Source: Planctomycetota bacterium
GTDB taxonomy: Bacteria; Planctomycetota; UBA1135; JAKEFM01
Assembly: GCA_035695825.1 (NCBI GenBank)
Contig: DASRRH010000010.1
Location: forward strand, 3,806 to 67,805
Direction: 5' to 3'
DNA length: 64,000 nt
The notes beneath the pieces were generated by a model, which did no database searches, was not told where the DNA came from, and worked only from the letters and a program-made list of their open reading frames with translations. The position numbers and the translations under genes were made by a program. Shown here piece after piece: positions 55,929 through 64,000 of this stretch. Every line of letters begins with the position of its first letter. The first letter of the stretch is position 1.

Positions 55929-57221
55929 CTAGGCGACGTCGGCCAGCTCGAAGGCCTTCAGGAACTCGTCGTTGTCCTTCGACTTCGAGAGTTTCTGGAT
56001 GAGGAGCTCCATCGCCTCGATCGGCTTCAGGCGGTTCAGGACCCGCCGCAGGGTCGCGACCCGCTTGAGCCGGGTCGAGGAGAAGAGCTTCTCCTCCTTG
56101 CGCGTCCCCGACATCGAGATGTCGAAGGCGGGGAAGATCCGCCGGTCGGCGAGCGCCCGGGAGAGGTGGAGCTCCATGTTCCCGGTTCCCTTGAATTCCT
56201 CGTAGATCACCTGGTCCATCCGGCTCCCCGTGTCGACGAGGGCCGTCCCGAGGATCGTCAGCGCCCCTCCCTCCTCCGTGTTCCGCGCGGAGCCGAAGAG
56301 CTGCTTCGGCCGCTCCATCGTCCTTGCGTCGATCCCCCCCGACATGATCCGGCCCGAATTCACCTCGTGGTTGTAGGCGCGCGCGAGGCGCGTGATCGAG
56401 TCGAGGAGGACCATGACCTCCTTGCCCCGCTCGACGAGGTGGCGCGCCCGCCGCCAGACCGCCTCCGCGATGGCGATGTGGTTCTTCGTCGGCTGGTCGA
56501 GCGTCGAGAGGAAGACCTCCCCCTTCGTCGCCCGCCGCCAGTAGGTCCCCTCCTCCGGGCGCTCGTCGACGAGGAGGATCATCAGGTGGACGTCGGGGTA
56601 CTTCCGCTCCATCACCTGGGCGATCTTCTGGAGGAGGATCGTCTTGCCCGCGCGGGGCGGGGAGACGATGAGGCCCCGCTGCCCGCGGCCGATCGGGGTG
56701 AGGAGGTCGAGGACGCGCAGCGAGATGTCCCCTTCGGGTTCCCCCTCCTCGAGCGGCGCGTCCCCGAGCTCGTACTGGAAGTCGGGGTCGATCGAAGTGA
56801 GCTTCTTGAACTCGAGGCACTCCCTCGCGGCTTCCGGGTCGAGGCCGTCGACCCGCGTGACGTCGAGGAGGGTCGTCCTCTGTCCGGGCCGGCGCGGGGG
56901 CCCGACGTGTCCGGCGATGTCGGACCCGTCGCGGAGGCTGTAGCGGCGCACGAGCTGGACGGGGACGAACAGGTCCCGGTCCGTCGGCAAGAAGTTGAAG
57001 CGCTGCCAGCGGAGCACGCCGAACCCCTCCGGCTGGACCTCGAGCATCCCGGAGACCAACTCCCCCCCCGCGAGCGGGGGCGCGGAGGTGTCGACGAGGG
57101 CGACCTCCGACCTCCCCCCCGACCCCCGGAAGCCCGAGGGGAAGGGGGGCCGGCCACCGGGGGCGCCTCCCCGGAACGGGCGGCGGCGACGCCGGAACGG
57201 ACGGTTGCGAGGCTTCTGCAC
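55929..57221 (-). CDS. rho: transcription termination factor Rho with an R/G/P-rich N-terminal tail
   Basis: 430 aa: [14 protein letters not shown] (CSD-like RNA-binding domain), [45 protein letters not shown]. Confidence 0.95.
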   Translation of the reverse strand: MQKPRNRPFRRRRRPFRGGAPGGRPPFPSGFRGSGGRSEVALVDTSAPPLAGGELVSGMLEVQPEGFGVLRWQRFNFLPTDRDLFVPVQLVRRYSLRDGSDIAGHVGPPRRPGQRTTLLDVTRVDGLDPEAARECLEFKKLTSIDPDFQYELGDAPLEEGEPEGDISLRVLDLLTPIGRGQRGLIVSPPRAGKTILLQKIAQVMERKYPDVHLMILLVDERPEEGTYWRRATKGEVFLSTLDQPTKNHIAIAEAVWRRARHLVERGKEVMVLLDSITRLARAYNHEVNSGRIMSGGIDARTMERPKQLFGSARNTEEGGALTILGTALVDTGSRMDQVIYEEFKGTGNMELHLSRALADRRIFPAFDISMSGTRKEEKLFSSTRLKRVATLRRVLNRLKPIEAMELLIQKLSKSKDNDEFLKAFELADVA

Positions 57222-57406
57222 GGACGAACCTCCACGCCGCGAAGCCGCGGCGGACGGAACCCGCTCGAGGGTTCAGGGGACGGTGCCCCCCGACCCACGC
57301 TCGGACGGGCGCCCGCGTCGCGGAACCGAAAAAAGGCGTCCCGCGGACGCCGGGGGAGCGGGAAAGGCGGTCTAGGGCCCGCGCAAGCCGCGGCGGGCTA
57401 CGGGTC

Positions 57407-57484
57407 TGGTCGGGGCGACTGGATTTGAACCAGCGACCTCAGCGTCCCGAACGCTGCGCTCTAGCCAAGCTGAGCCACGCCCCG
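57407..57484 (-). tRNA. tRNA-Pro (anticodon CGG), CCA encoded
   Basis: The minus strand reads CGGGGCGTGGCTCAGCTTGGCTAGAGCGCAGCGTTCGGGACGCTGAGGTCGCTGGTTCAAATCCAGTCGCCCCGACCA. It folds into a complete cloverleaf, and anticodon loop UUCGGGA gives CGG. Confidence 0.92.
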
Positions 57485-57557
57485 GTCGCGAATGCCGCAG
57501 GCTTGTGCCTGGTGCCCCTCCATCTCTATCCGATCCTCGGGGGCCGGTCAAGGCGCG

Positions 57558-59099
57558 CTATCGCCCGAGGTCGACGAACTGCCCCCCGTTCTCCTTCGCG
57601 AGCCGTTCCATCCACCCGCGCTGGAACTCTCCGATCGCCAGCACGTGGACCACGATCTTCCGGCGCCGGTTGATCTCGGTCACGATCGCGAGGATGTCGT
57701 CGGTGTCGACGTACTCCCCGACGCTCGGCCTCCCGTCGGAGAGGTAGAAGACGGTGTCGACGGGGGAGGGCTCGTCGATCGCGGGGTCGCTCGGCCCGCT
57801 CACGCCGAGCGCCGCGAGGAGCGCGGCGTAGCTGTTCGTCCGCCCCTCCTCGAGGCTCGCCGACCCGCCGAGCCCCGCCGTCGCGAGCCCCTCCGCCGAG
57901 CTTCCCCCGATCGGCTCGAGGCTGTCGGCCCAGTCGACGGCGGCCGTCTTGTTCAGCGTGTTCGCCCCGACGAGGGTCTTCCTCCAGGGCTTCACCTTCG
58001 TCGCGAACGACAGGATGTTGAAGAGCACGTGGGGCTCGAGGTTTCGGATCGTGCGGGCGAGCTCCTCCCGCACGATGTCGATCTTGCGGAACTTCGTGAA
58101 CCCCCGCTCCTTGAACCGCTCCCGCTCGACGACGAAGTCCTCCATCGAGCCCGAGATGTCGACGACGAAGAGGACCCGCTTCGACGGGGTCTGGATCCCG
58201 TGGTAGACGACGACGTCCTTTCGGGCTCCGTACTGCGCGGAGGCCTCGATCCGCTTCTCCTCGAGCTTCGCGATCTCCTCGAGGGTCGGGGGCTGGAAGA
58301 CGGCGCCGAGCCGATCCCACCACGCCTTCCAGAGGGCGTAGTCCGCCCCGAAGTCGGTCGCCGTCAGGCTCTTCAGCGACCGGCCGGCGTCGTCGGCGAG
58401 CCGCCCCTCCTCCTTCCGCAGCTTCTCGATCAGGATCGGGATCGCCTCCCTCGTGCGCAATCGTGCCACGGCGGCGATCGCGGCCGCGCGCACCGGCCAC
58501 TCCCGGTCCGCGAGGAGCTTCAAGGCGGCCGGGCCACCGGCGGGATCCGCGATCGCGCCGAGGGCGTCCACCGCCGCGCGACGGACCCCCGCCTCGCGGT
58601 CCTCGGCGAGGCGCGCGAGGGGGGGAACCCCCTCCTTGTCCCCGATGCGCCCGAGCGCCTCGGCCGCGGCGATCCGGACCCGATCGTCGGCGTCGCCGGC
58701 CGCGGCGGTCACGGCCCCGAGCGCTTCCTTCCTCTTCCCGAGCCCGAGCGCGCGGACGGCCCCCTCGCGGCCGAGGGAGGACTTCGCGAAAGGCTCCTTC
58801 TGCTTGTTCCTCTCCTGGGCGATCCCCGCGAGACGGTCGATGCACTCCTTCGGCTCGAGCTTCGAGTAGACGCGGACGATCGCGTCCCGCACCTCGGCCT
58901 CCGTCCGCGGGTCGACGAGCAAGGGGAGGGTCGCCTCGAGGACCTCGGTCGTCTGGAGCCCCTCGAGGTCGCGGACCGCGGCGACGCGGCTCGCCGGGTC
59001 CTTGAAGGTCGGCCAGTACTTCCGGAAGGCGGCGACCGTCTCGTCCCCCTGAAGGGGCGGGGCGAGGGTCGCGGCGAGGAGGGCGAGGAGCCCGAACAT
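57558..59099 (-). CDS. secreted HEAT-repeat + VWA-domain protein
   Basis: 513 aa: signal peptide, HEAT repeats (D.RVR.AAAEALGRIGD...), then a VWA domain with MIDAS FVVDISGSM and ...FYLSDG. Confidence 0.8.
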   Translation of the reverse strand: MFGLLALLAATLAPPLQGDETVAAFRKYWPTFKDPASRVAAVRDLEGLQTTEVLEATLPLLVDPRTEAEVRDAIVRVYSKLEPKECIDRLAGIAQERNKQKEPFAKSSLGREGAVRALGLGKRKEALGAVTAAAGDADDRVRIAAAEALGRIGDKEGVPPLARLAEDREAGVRRAAVDALGAIADPAGGPAALKLLADREWPVRAAAIAAVARLRTREAIPILIEKLRKEEGRLADDAGRSLKSLTATDFGADYALWKAWWDRLGAVFQPPTLEEIAKLEEKRIEASAQYGARKDVVVYHGIQTPSKRVLFVVDISGSMEDFVVERERFKERGFTKFRKIDIVREELARTIRNLEPHVLFNILSFATKVKPWRKTLVGANTLNKTAAVDWADSLEPIGGSSAEGLATAGLGGSASLEEGRTNSYAALLAALGVSGPSDPAIDEPSPVDTVFYLSDGRPSVGEYVDTDDILAIVTEINRRRKIVVHVLAIGEFQRGWMERLAKENGGQFVDLGR

Positions 59100-59259
59100 G
59101 GCGCACGCAGATCCTCGAGTCTAGGTGCGCCTGCGCGGGAAGTCACTTTCCCCTTGCGCGCGCTCCAGGGCGCATCCTAAATCCGCGCCTCGCGGATTCC
59201 CGTCGCGCCTTGAGCCTCCCTGGGCCCTCGTTCTGCCGCGCCGATCCCCACGCTCCTCG

Positions 59260-60264
59260 GTGAAGGCCTCCTCGACCGCCCTCCTCCCCCGCGATCCCCG
59301 GGAGGCGCTCGCCCTCGCGCGCGAGGGGACGCTCCCCTGCGAGAGGCTCGCGGGCGACGCCTCCGACCGCACCTTCTGGAGGATCCGCTTCGCGGGAGAG
59401 GCGAGGACGGCGATCCTCGTCCGGGGCGCCGAGTTCCCGTTCGTCGAGACCGCGCGCCTGCTCCGCGGGGCGGGCGTCCCGGCTCCGGAAATCCACGCCG
59501 AGGACCCGGTCTGCGGCCTCGTCGTCGAGGAGGACTTCGGCGACACCCTCCTCGAAGAGGCGGCGACGGGCCAGCCCCGCGAGGTCCCGAGCCGCTACCG
59601 CGCTCTCGTCGACCTCCTCCACGCCATGCAAGCGCGATTCCCCCGGAGGTCCGAGGCCGAGGCCGCCCCCCTCGCCCTGCGCCGGGCTTTCGACGCCGCC
59701 ACGTTCGAGCGGGAGCTCCGGATCTTCGAGGAGCACCTTTGGAAGGGGCACCTCGGGGCCCGCCCGACGGAGGAGGAGACCTGTGCCTTCCGGGCGCACG
59801 CCCGCCGGCTCGCGGAGACGGTGGCGGCCCTCCCCCCGCGATTCGCCCACCGCGACTTCCACGCCCGCAACATCCTCGTCCGCCCGGACGGGTCCTTCGG
59901 GATCGTCGACTTCCAGGACGCACGGTTCGGCCCCCCCCACTACGACCTCGCCTCCCTCCTCTTCGACGGGTACGTGCGGCTCGAGCCGGACCTCGTGGAG
60001 GAGCTCTTCCAGCGCTTCGAGGAGGCGAGCCCCTCCTTCCCCGACCCCCCGAGCGCCCGCGCGGCCTTCGAACTGACCGCCGCGCAGCGCGTCCTCAAGG
60101 CCCTCGGCTCGTTCGGGTACCTCGCCCGCATCAAGGGGAAGACGCGCTTCCTCGACTACGTGCCGAAGGCCCTCGAAGACGCCGTCTGCCTCCTCGGCTG
60201 CCGCCGAGAGCTCGCCCCCCTCCACGCGATCCTCGCCGCCGGGCACGCGGCCTTCGCCGGATGA
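59260..60264 (+). CDS. aminoglycoside-phosphotransferase-fold sugar kinase (AmgK-like MurNAc/GlcNAc kinase)
   Basis: LAGDASDRTFWRI, AHRDFHARNILV, IVDFQDARFGPPHYDLASLLFD. Start uncertain; I chose the GTG at 59260. Confidence 0.75.
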   Translation: MKASSTALLPRDPREALALAREGTLPCERLAGDASDRTFWRIRFAGEARTAILVRGAEFPFVETARLLRGAGVPAPEIHAEDPVCGLVVEEDFGDTLLEEAATGQPREVPSRYRALVDLLHAMQARFPRRSEAEAAPLALRRAFDAATFERELRIFEEHLWKGHLGARPTEEETCAFRAHARRLAETVAALPPRFAHRDFHARNILVRPDGSFGIVDFQDARFGPPHYDLASLLFDGYVRLEPDLVEELFQRFEEASPSFPDPPSARAAFELTAAQRVLKALGSFGYLARIKGKTRFLDYVPKALEDAVCLLGCRRELAPLHAILAAGHAAFAG

Positions 60265-61274
60265 GGAGCGATCGGCCCCAGGCTTTCCTGCTCGCCGCGG
60301 GTCTCGGGACCCGCGCCCGGCCCCTCACCGACTTCCGTCCCAAGGTCCTTTTCCCCGTCGCGGGGGTCGCCGCCCTCCACCTCCACCTCGCCTCGATCCG
60401 CGCGGCGGGGATCCCCGAGATCGGCATCAACCTCCACCACCTCGCGGAGGACGTCGAGCGCGCGCTCGCCTCCCTCGCCGACCGCGGCCTCCGCGTCGCG
60501 GCGTTCCGCGAGGAGCGCCTCCTCGGGACCGGAGGGGGCCTCCTCCACGCGCGCCCCTTCCTCGGCCGCTCCCCCCTGCTCGTCCGCAACGCCGACGTCG
60601 TCCTCGGGGAGGACCTGCGCGTTCTCCTCCGCGCGCACGAGGCGCACCGCCGTCGCGGCGGCCTCGCGACCCTGCTCCTCTCCGCCACGGCCCCCCTCGA
60701 GGTCTTCGGAGGCTTCGCGGTGAATCCGGACGGGTCCGTCCTCGCCCACGTGCGCCGGGACTCCGCGCCCCCCCCGGGGACCCGCGCGTACGTCTACGCG
60801 AGCGCCGCCGTCGTCGAGCCTCGCCTGCTCGATCGGCTCGAGTCCGCCGGTCCCGCGCCCGACCTCGTCCGGGACGGTCTCCTCCCCGCCCTGCGCGACG
60901 GAGAGGCCCTGCGCGCCGTCCTCACCTCTCGCCTCTTCGGCCATATCGGCCGACCCGAGGACTACCTCGCGACCGTCGTCGGAGTGCTGCTCGGCGGGCT
61001 CCCCCCCCGCATCCTCCGGGACGCCCGCGCCCTCGCGGGAGCCGGTTCCGCCCGCGTCCTTCCCCCCTCCGGGCGTTGGATCGCCCCCGACTCCCGAGTC
61101 CACCCGACCGCGAGGCTCGGGCACTTCGTCGCGATCGAGTCGAGGGCGCGCGTCCCGCGCGGGGCCATCCTGCACCGCGCCGTCGTCTGGGAGGGGGTCC
61201 GCCTGCGGGAGGGGGAGCGGCTCGAGGGGGCCGTCGCCTGCGACAACGCGCGCGTCGGCGCGGCGGGGGCGTAG
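60261..61274 (+). CDS. sugar-1-phosphate nucleotidyltransferase (MurU-like) with a C-terminal hexapeptide-repeat extension
   Basis: The ATG at 60261 overlaps the kinase stop (ATGA). LLAAGLGTRARPLTDFRPKVLFPV, with a left-handed beta-helix-like tail (VHPTARLGHFVAIESRARVPRGAILHRAVVWEGVRL...). Confidence 0.75.
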   Translation: MRSDRPQAFLLAAGLGTRARPLTDFRPKVLFPVAGVAALHLHLASIRAAGIPEIGINLHHLAEDVERALASLADRGLRVAAFREERLLGTGGGLLHARPFLGRSPLLVRNADVVLGEDLRVLLRAHEAHRRRGGLATLLLSATAPLEVFGGFAVNPDGSVLAHVRRDSAPPPGTRAYVYASAAVVEPRLLDRLESAGPAPDLVRDGLLPALRDGEALRAVLTSRLFGHIGRPEDYLATVVGVLLGGLPPRILRDARALAGAGSARVLPPSGRWIAPDSRVHPTARLGHFVAIESRARVPRGAILHRAVVWEGVRLREGERLEGAVACDNARVGAAGA

Positions 61275-61330
61275 AAGAAGGGGTTCTTCCGGGTTTTGCG
61301 TGGGTAGCCCGGGGTAGTTCCCGCCCTTTC

Positions 61331-61361
61331 GCCGAGGCCCCCTGTCGGTGAGGGCCTCGGC
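61331..61361. other. perfect 10-bp GC-rich hairpin inside the IS left end
   Basis: gccgaggccc (61331-40) pairs with gggcctcggc (61352-61) around an 11-nt loop. It lies between the left inverted repeat and the transposase start. Confidence 0.5.
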
Positions 61362-61463
61362 TTCAGGGCGAAGAATGTCGCTGATGCGGAGAGTCAGAGC
61401 CTCGAGGGGGCGGTCGCCGGGGGGCCCCGGGACGGGAAGAATGCCGTCCCCGACCTCCCCCTC

Positions 61464-62708
61464 ATGCGCGACATCGAGCTCTACCGCCATCTCCTCGGAC
61501 TCGAGCAGCCCTGGACCGTGACGAAGGTCGCCCTCGACGTGAAGGAGCAACGCGTCGACGTCTGGGTCGACCACGCCGAGGGCCTGAAGTGGCCCTGCCC
61601 GGCCTGCGCCCAGGAGCTGCCTCTCTACGATCACTCCGAGGAGCGCGCCTGGCGTCACCTCGACAGCTGCCAGTTCCAGACTCTCCTCCACGCCCGTCCT
61701 CCGCGCGTGGAGTGCTCCGAGCACGGGGTCCGGCAGGTCGCGCTTCCCTGGGCGGAGCCCCGAGCACGGTTCACGGCGCTCTTCGAGCGGCTCGCGATCG
61801 ACGTGCTCCTGGAGACCAGCATCGAGGCGGCGACTCGGATCCTGCGTATCAGCTGGGACGAGGCCTGGTACCTGCTCGAGCGCGCGGTCCGCCGGGGCCT
61901 GCTCGCCCGAAAGCCGCGGGTCCGGGCCCACCTCGGCGTCGACGAGAAGTCCTTCGCCAAGCGGTACCGCTACGCCACCATCGTGAGCGACCTCGAGGAG
62001 GGCGAGGTCGTCTACGTCGAGAGGGATCGGAAGAAGGAGAGCCTGGACGGCTACTTCTTCTCCCTCACCCCCGAGGAGCGGGAGGGGATCGAAGCGGTCG
62101 CGATGGACATGTGGGAGCCCTACGTCCAGTCCGTCCGCCGGCACGTTCCTCGAGGCGAGGAGCGCGTGGTCTTCGATCGCTTCCACGTCATGGGTCACAT
62201 GAACAAGGCCGTCGACCAGGTGCGCCGGCGGGAGAACGAGGAGCTTCGGGAGACCGGGGACGGCACGCTCACCGGGACCAAGCACCTGTGGCTCTACGCG
62301 CGGGAGAACCTCCCCGCCCGCCACGAGGAGAGATTCACCGAGTTGCGCCGTGCGGACCTCAAGACCGCACGGGCATGGGGGCTGAAGGAAAACTTGCGCC
62401 GGCTCTGGGAGTTCATGCACCCGAGCTCGGCCTGGCGGCACTGGAGGGAGTGGTTCGGCTGGGCGATCCGCTCCAAGCTCGAACCGGTCCTGCAGGTCGC
62501 CCGGATGATCCGAAGCCATCTCCGCGGCGTGATGAACTTCTACGACCACCCGATCACGAACGCCGTGAGCGAGGGGCTCAACTCCAAGATCCAGAAGTTC
62601 AAGCAGGTGGCGTGCGGGTTCCGCAACTTCGATCACTTCCGCACCGCCATCTACTTCCACTGCGGCGGCCTACAGCTCTACCCGGTCACCCACGGAATTC
62701 CCGGATGA
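61464..62708 (+). CDS. ISL3-family transposase
   Basis: 414 aa: N-terminal zinc-finger region (WPCPACAQELPLYDHSEERAWRHLD), then GVDEKSFAKRYRYATIVSDLE...AVAMDMWEPY...FHVMGHMNKAVDQVRR...TNAVSEGLNSKIQ. Confidence 0.9.
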   Translation: MRDIELYRHLLGLEQPWTVTKVALDVKEQRVDVWVDHAEGLKWPCPACAQELPLYDHSEERAWRHLDSCQFQTLLHARPPRVECSEHGVRQVALPWAEPRARFTALFERLAIDVLLETSIEAATRILRISWDEAWYLLERAVRRGLLARKPRVRAHLGVDEKSFAKRYRYATIVSDLEEGEVVYVERDRKKESLDGYFFSLTPEEREGIEAVAMDMWEPYVQSVRRHVPRGEERVVFDRFHVMGHMNKAVDQVRRRENEELRETGDGTLTGTKHLWLYARENLPARHEERFTELRRADLKTARAWGLKENLRRLWEFMHPSSAWRHWREWFGWAIRSKLEPVLQVARMIRSHLRGVMNFYDHPITNAVSEGLNSKIQKFKQVACGFRNFDHFRTAIYFHCGGLQLYPVTHGIPG

Positions 62709-62796
62709 CCCGAAGAAGGCAACCCCTCTCCCGGTCTTCCGACGACGGGGGAAGGTCGGGAGCGTTCTCGGCTCCCTGAGGACGCGGCTCCTCCGT

Positions 62797-64000
62797 CTAA
62801 AAGATCAGCTCGACCGTGTTCGACCCGTCGTTGATGGTAAGGGTCGAGAGATTGAAGTAGAAGGCGGCCGCGTAGAGGACTGCGCCGGCCAGGCCCGGCG
62901 GAATCGAGATCGACGCGGTCGTGGCCTGCATGTCCGTGAACACACTCGGAATGCCGCTCGCCATGCAGGCGACGTCGCCGGCGAAGTGGCAGTTCAACCC
63001 CGCACCGACCGTCGCGGAGAAGGAAAGGGACGCGCTCGTCGCGGCCGTCGAGTAAATGCCGAGGACGCCCGTCGAGCCCGGGACGAACATGCTCCCCGCG
63101 AGGAAGCCCGGCGGGTTGCCCGGAGGCGCCAGCCCGAGCGGGCTGCCGGCCGTGCTGTCGGAGATCATCACCGCGGCGAGCCGGTCCTGGCCCGCCATAG
63201 CCGCCGACCCGGCCTCCCAGTCCTCCGAACGGAGGAAAAAGGCGTCCCCAGAGACGAGCTCGCGCGCGCCCGAGCCCCGCGTCGGGGCCGCAAAGCCCGC
63301 CGTCAGCCGGTAGGACTCGAGCGTCGGCTCGTAAAAGGCCATCTCCGCGAAGAGCTCCTGGTTGATCGCGTAGTGCGTCACGACCCCGAGGAGCGCGTCG
63401 AACGATCCCGAATAGCTGTACCCCGCCGGCCCGGGCGGGACCGAGGGGTTGGAAACCGTGTTGACCTCGGTCGTCAGCTGGACGTTCCGGTAATAGTTGG
63501 CCTGGGTCGCAACCTCGCCCGGCGTGTAGAGGAGCAGCATCGCGACGTCGGCGTTCGAGAGCACCGGGAGCCCCGCCGTGGTCGGGCAGGAACCGGGGAG
63601 CGCCACGGCCGGGCCGACGGGCGAAACGTTGATTCGGAACCCGCCCATCGGAAGAGGGATCCCTCCGACGACTGCGACGTAGTTGGGAACGGCCGTCCTG
63701 TCGGGCTCCCTCACTCCACCCACGAGGACGACGGGCCGAAGCTCGAGGTCGGGGATGTCGAAGGACTGGGTTCCTGGTGTCAGGCTCCAGACCCCGATCT
63801 CCCAGCTCGTGAACGTGGCGAGCCCGCTCCCGCGGGTCATCCCGTTCTCGACCCCCCAGATCTTCCACTCGGCGTCCCCGAGGACGTTCCCGGTCGCGCC
63901 GTTCGGGCCGGCGAGCGCCGTGGCGGGACCGCCGCGGTGGTTGCGGATCCCGTTCTGGTGGTGGCAGACGATCTGCGTGCCGTTGCACGCCACCGCGCAC
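62797..64000 (-). CDS. hypothetical secreted/surface protein, C-terminal >=400 codons (gene continues past the right edge)
   Basis: The frame is open to the window edge (...CAVACNGTQIVCHH...). G/S/T/A/N-rich beta-type composition, ending ...LTINDGSNTVELIF*. G+C is lower than in core genes. Confidence 0.6.
   Translation of the reverse strand, partial: CAVACNGTQIVCHHQNGIRNHRGGPATALAGPNGATGNVLGDAEWKIWGVENGMTRGSGLATFTSWEIGVWSLTPGTQSFDIPDLELRPVVLVGGVREPDRTAVPNYVAVVGGIPLPMGGFRINVSPVGPAVALPGSCPTTAGLPVLSNADVAMLLLYTPGEVATQANYYRNVQLTTEVNTVSNPSVPPGPAGYSYSGSFDALLGVVTHYAINQELFAEMAFYEPTLESYRLTAGFAAPTRGSGARELVSGDAFFLRSEDWEAGSAAMAGQDRLAAVMISDSTAGSPLGLAPPGNPPGFLAGSMFVPGSTGVLGIYSTAATSASLSFSATVGAGLNCHFAGDVACMASGIPSVFTDMQATTASISIPPGLAGAVLYAAAFYFNLSTLTINDGSNTVELIF

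Larger units (their letters stand above)
61277..62729 (+). mobile_element. ISL3-family insertion sequence (about 1.45 kb)
   Basis: Single transposase ORF flanked by long imperfect inverted repeats. Left: GAAGGGGTTCTTCCGGGT...GCGTGGGTAGCCCGGGGTAG. Reverse complement of right: GAGAGGGGTTGCCTTCTTCGGGT...CCGTGGGTGACCGGGTAG. No target-site duplication recognised. Confidence 0.8.

Noticed and set aside
1-64000. CRISPR arrays, rRNA genes and prophage structural genes
   Set aside because: Reading through the window, I saw no regularly spaced direct repeats, no rRNA-like conserved blocks and no phage structural or integrase genes.

Overview
Very GC-rich bacterial chromosome segment. Stop codons are rare, so most long ORFs in the six-frame track are antisense or off-frame artefacts rich in R/G/P/E. 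I selected genes by protein plausibility and recomputed several starts. Many adjacent genes are coupled by 4-nt ATGA/GTGA/TTGA overlaps. Most of the window is core housekeeping: nrdR plus a ribonucleotide reductase, yidC, nadD, hisS, miaA, an M16 peptidase pair, mutL, holA, ubiA/ubiX/ubiE, ruvB, tgt, gatCAB, pcm, guaBA, rho, tRNA-Pro, a GldA/F/G-like ABC system, Bat/VWA/HEAT proteins and an amgK/murU-like pair. There are four accessory elements. (1) A group II intron on the minus strand (about 15465-16548) has a clear domain V, and its encoded protein has lost the whole reverse-transcriptase core in frame. (2) A lower-GC patch between pcm and guaA (about 40.9-43.9 kb) carries a translationally coupled ABC/SMC-type ATPase plus a TOPRIM-like (DUF4276-type) gene. 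That second gene is split by a 1-nt indel in a C7 run. The patch also holds a one-gene insert bracketed by a diverged duplication of the guaA 3' end. I consider this the best candidate for a poorly described defence-type system. (3) An ISL3-family insertion sequence lies at about 61277-62729. (4) Two compositionally atypical surface-protein genes lie at 23205-26363 and 62797->64000. I found no CRISPR array and no rRNA. All family assignments come from reading motifs by eye; no database search was run.
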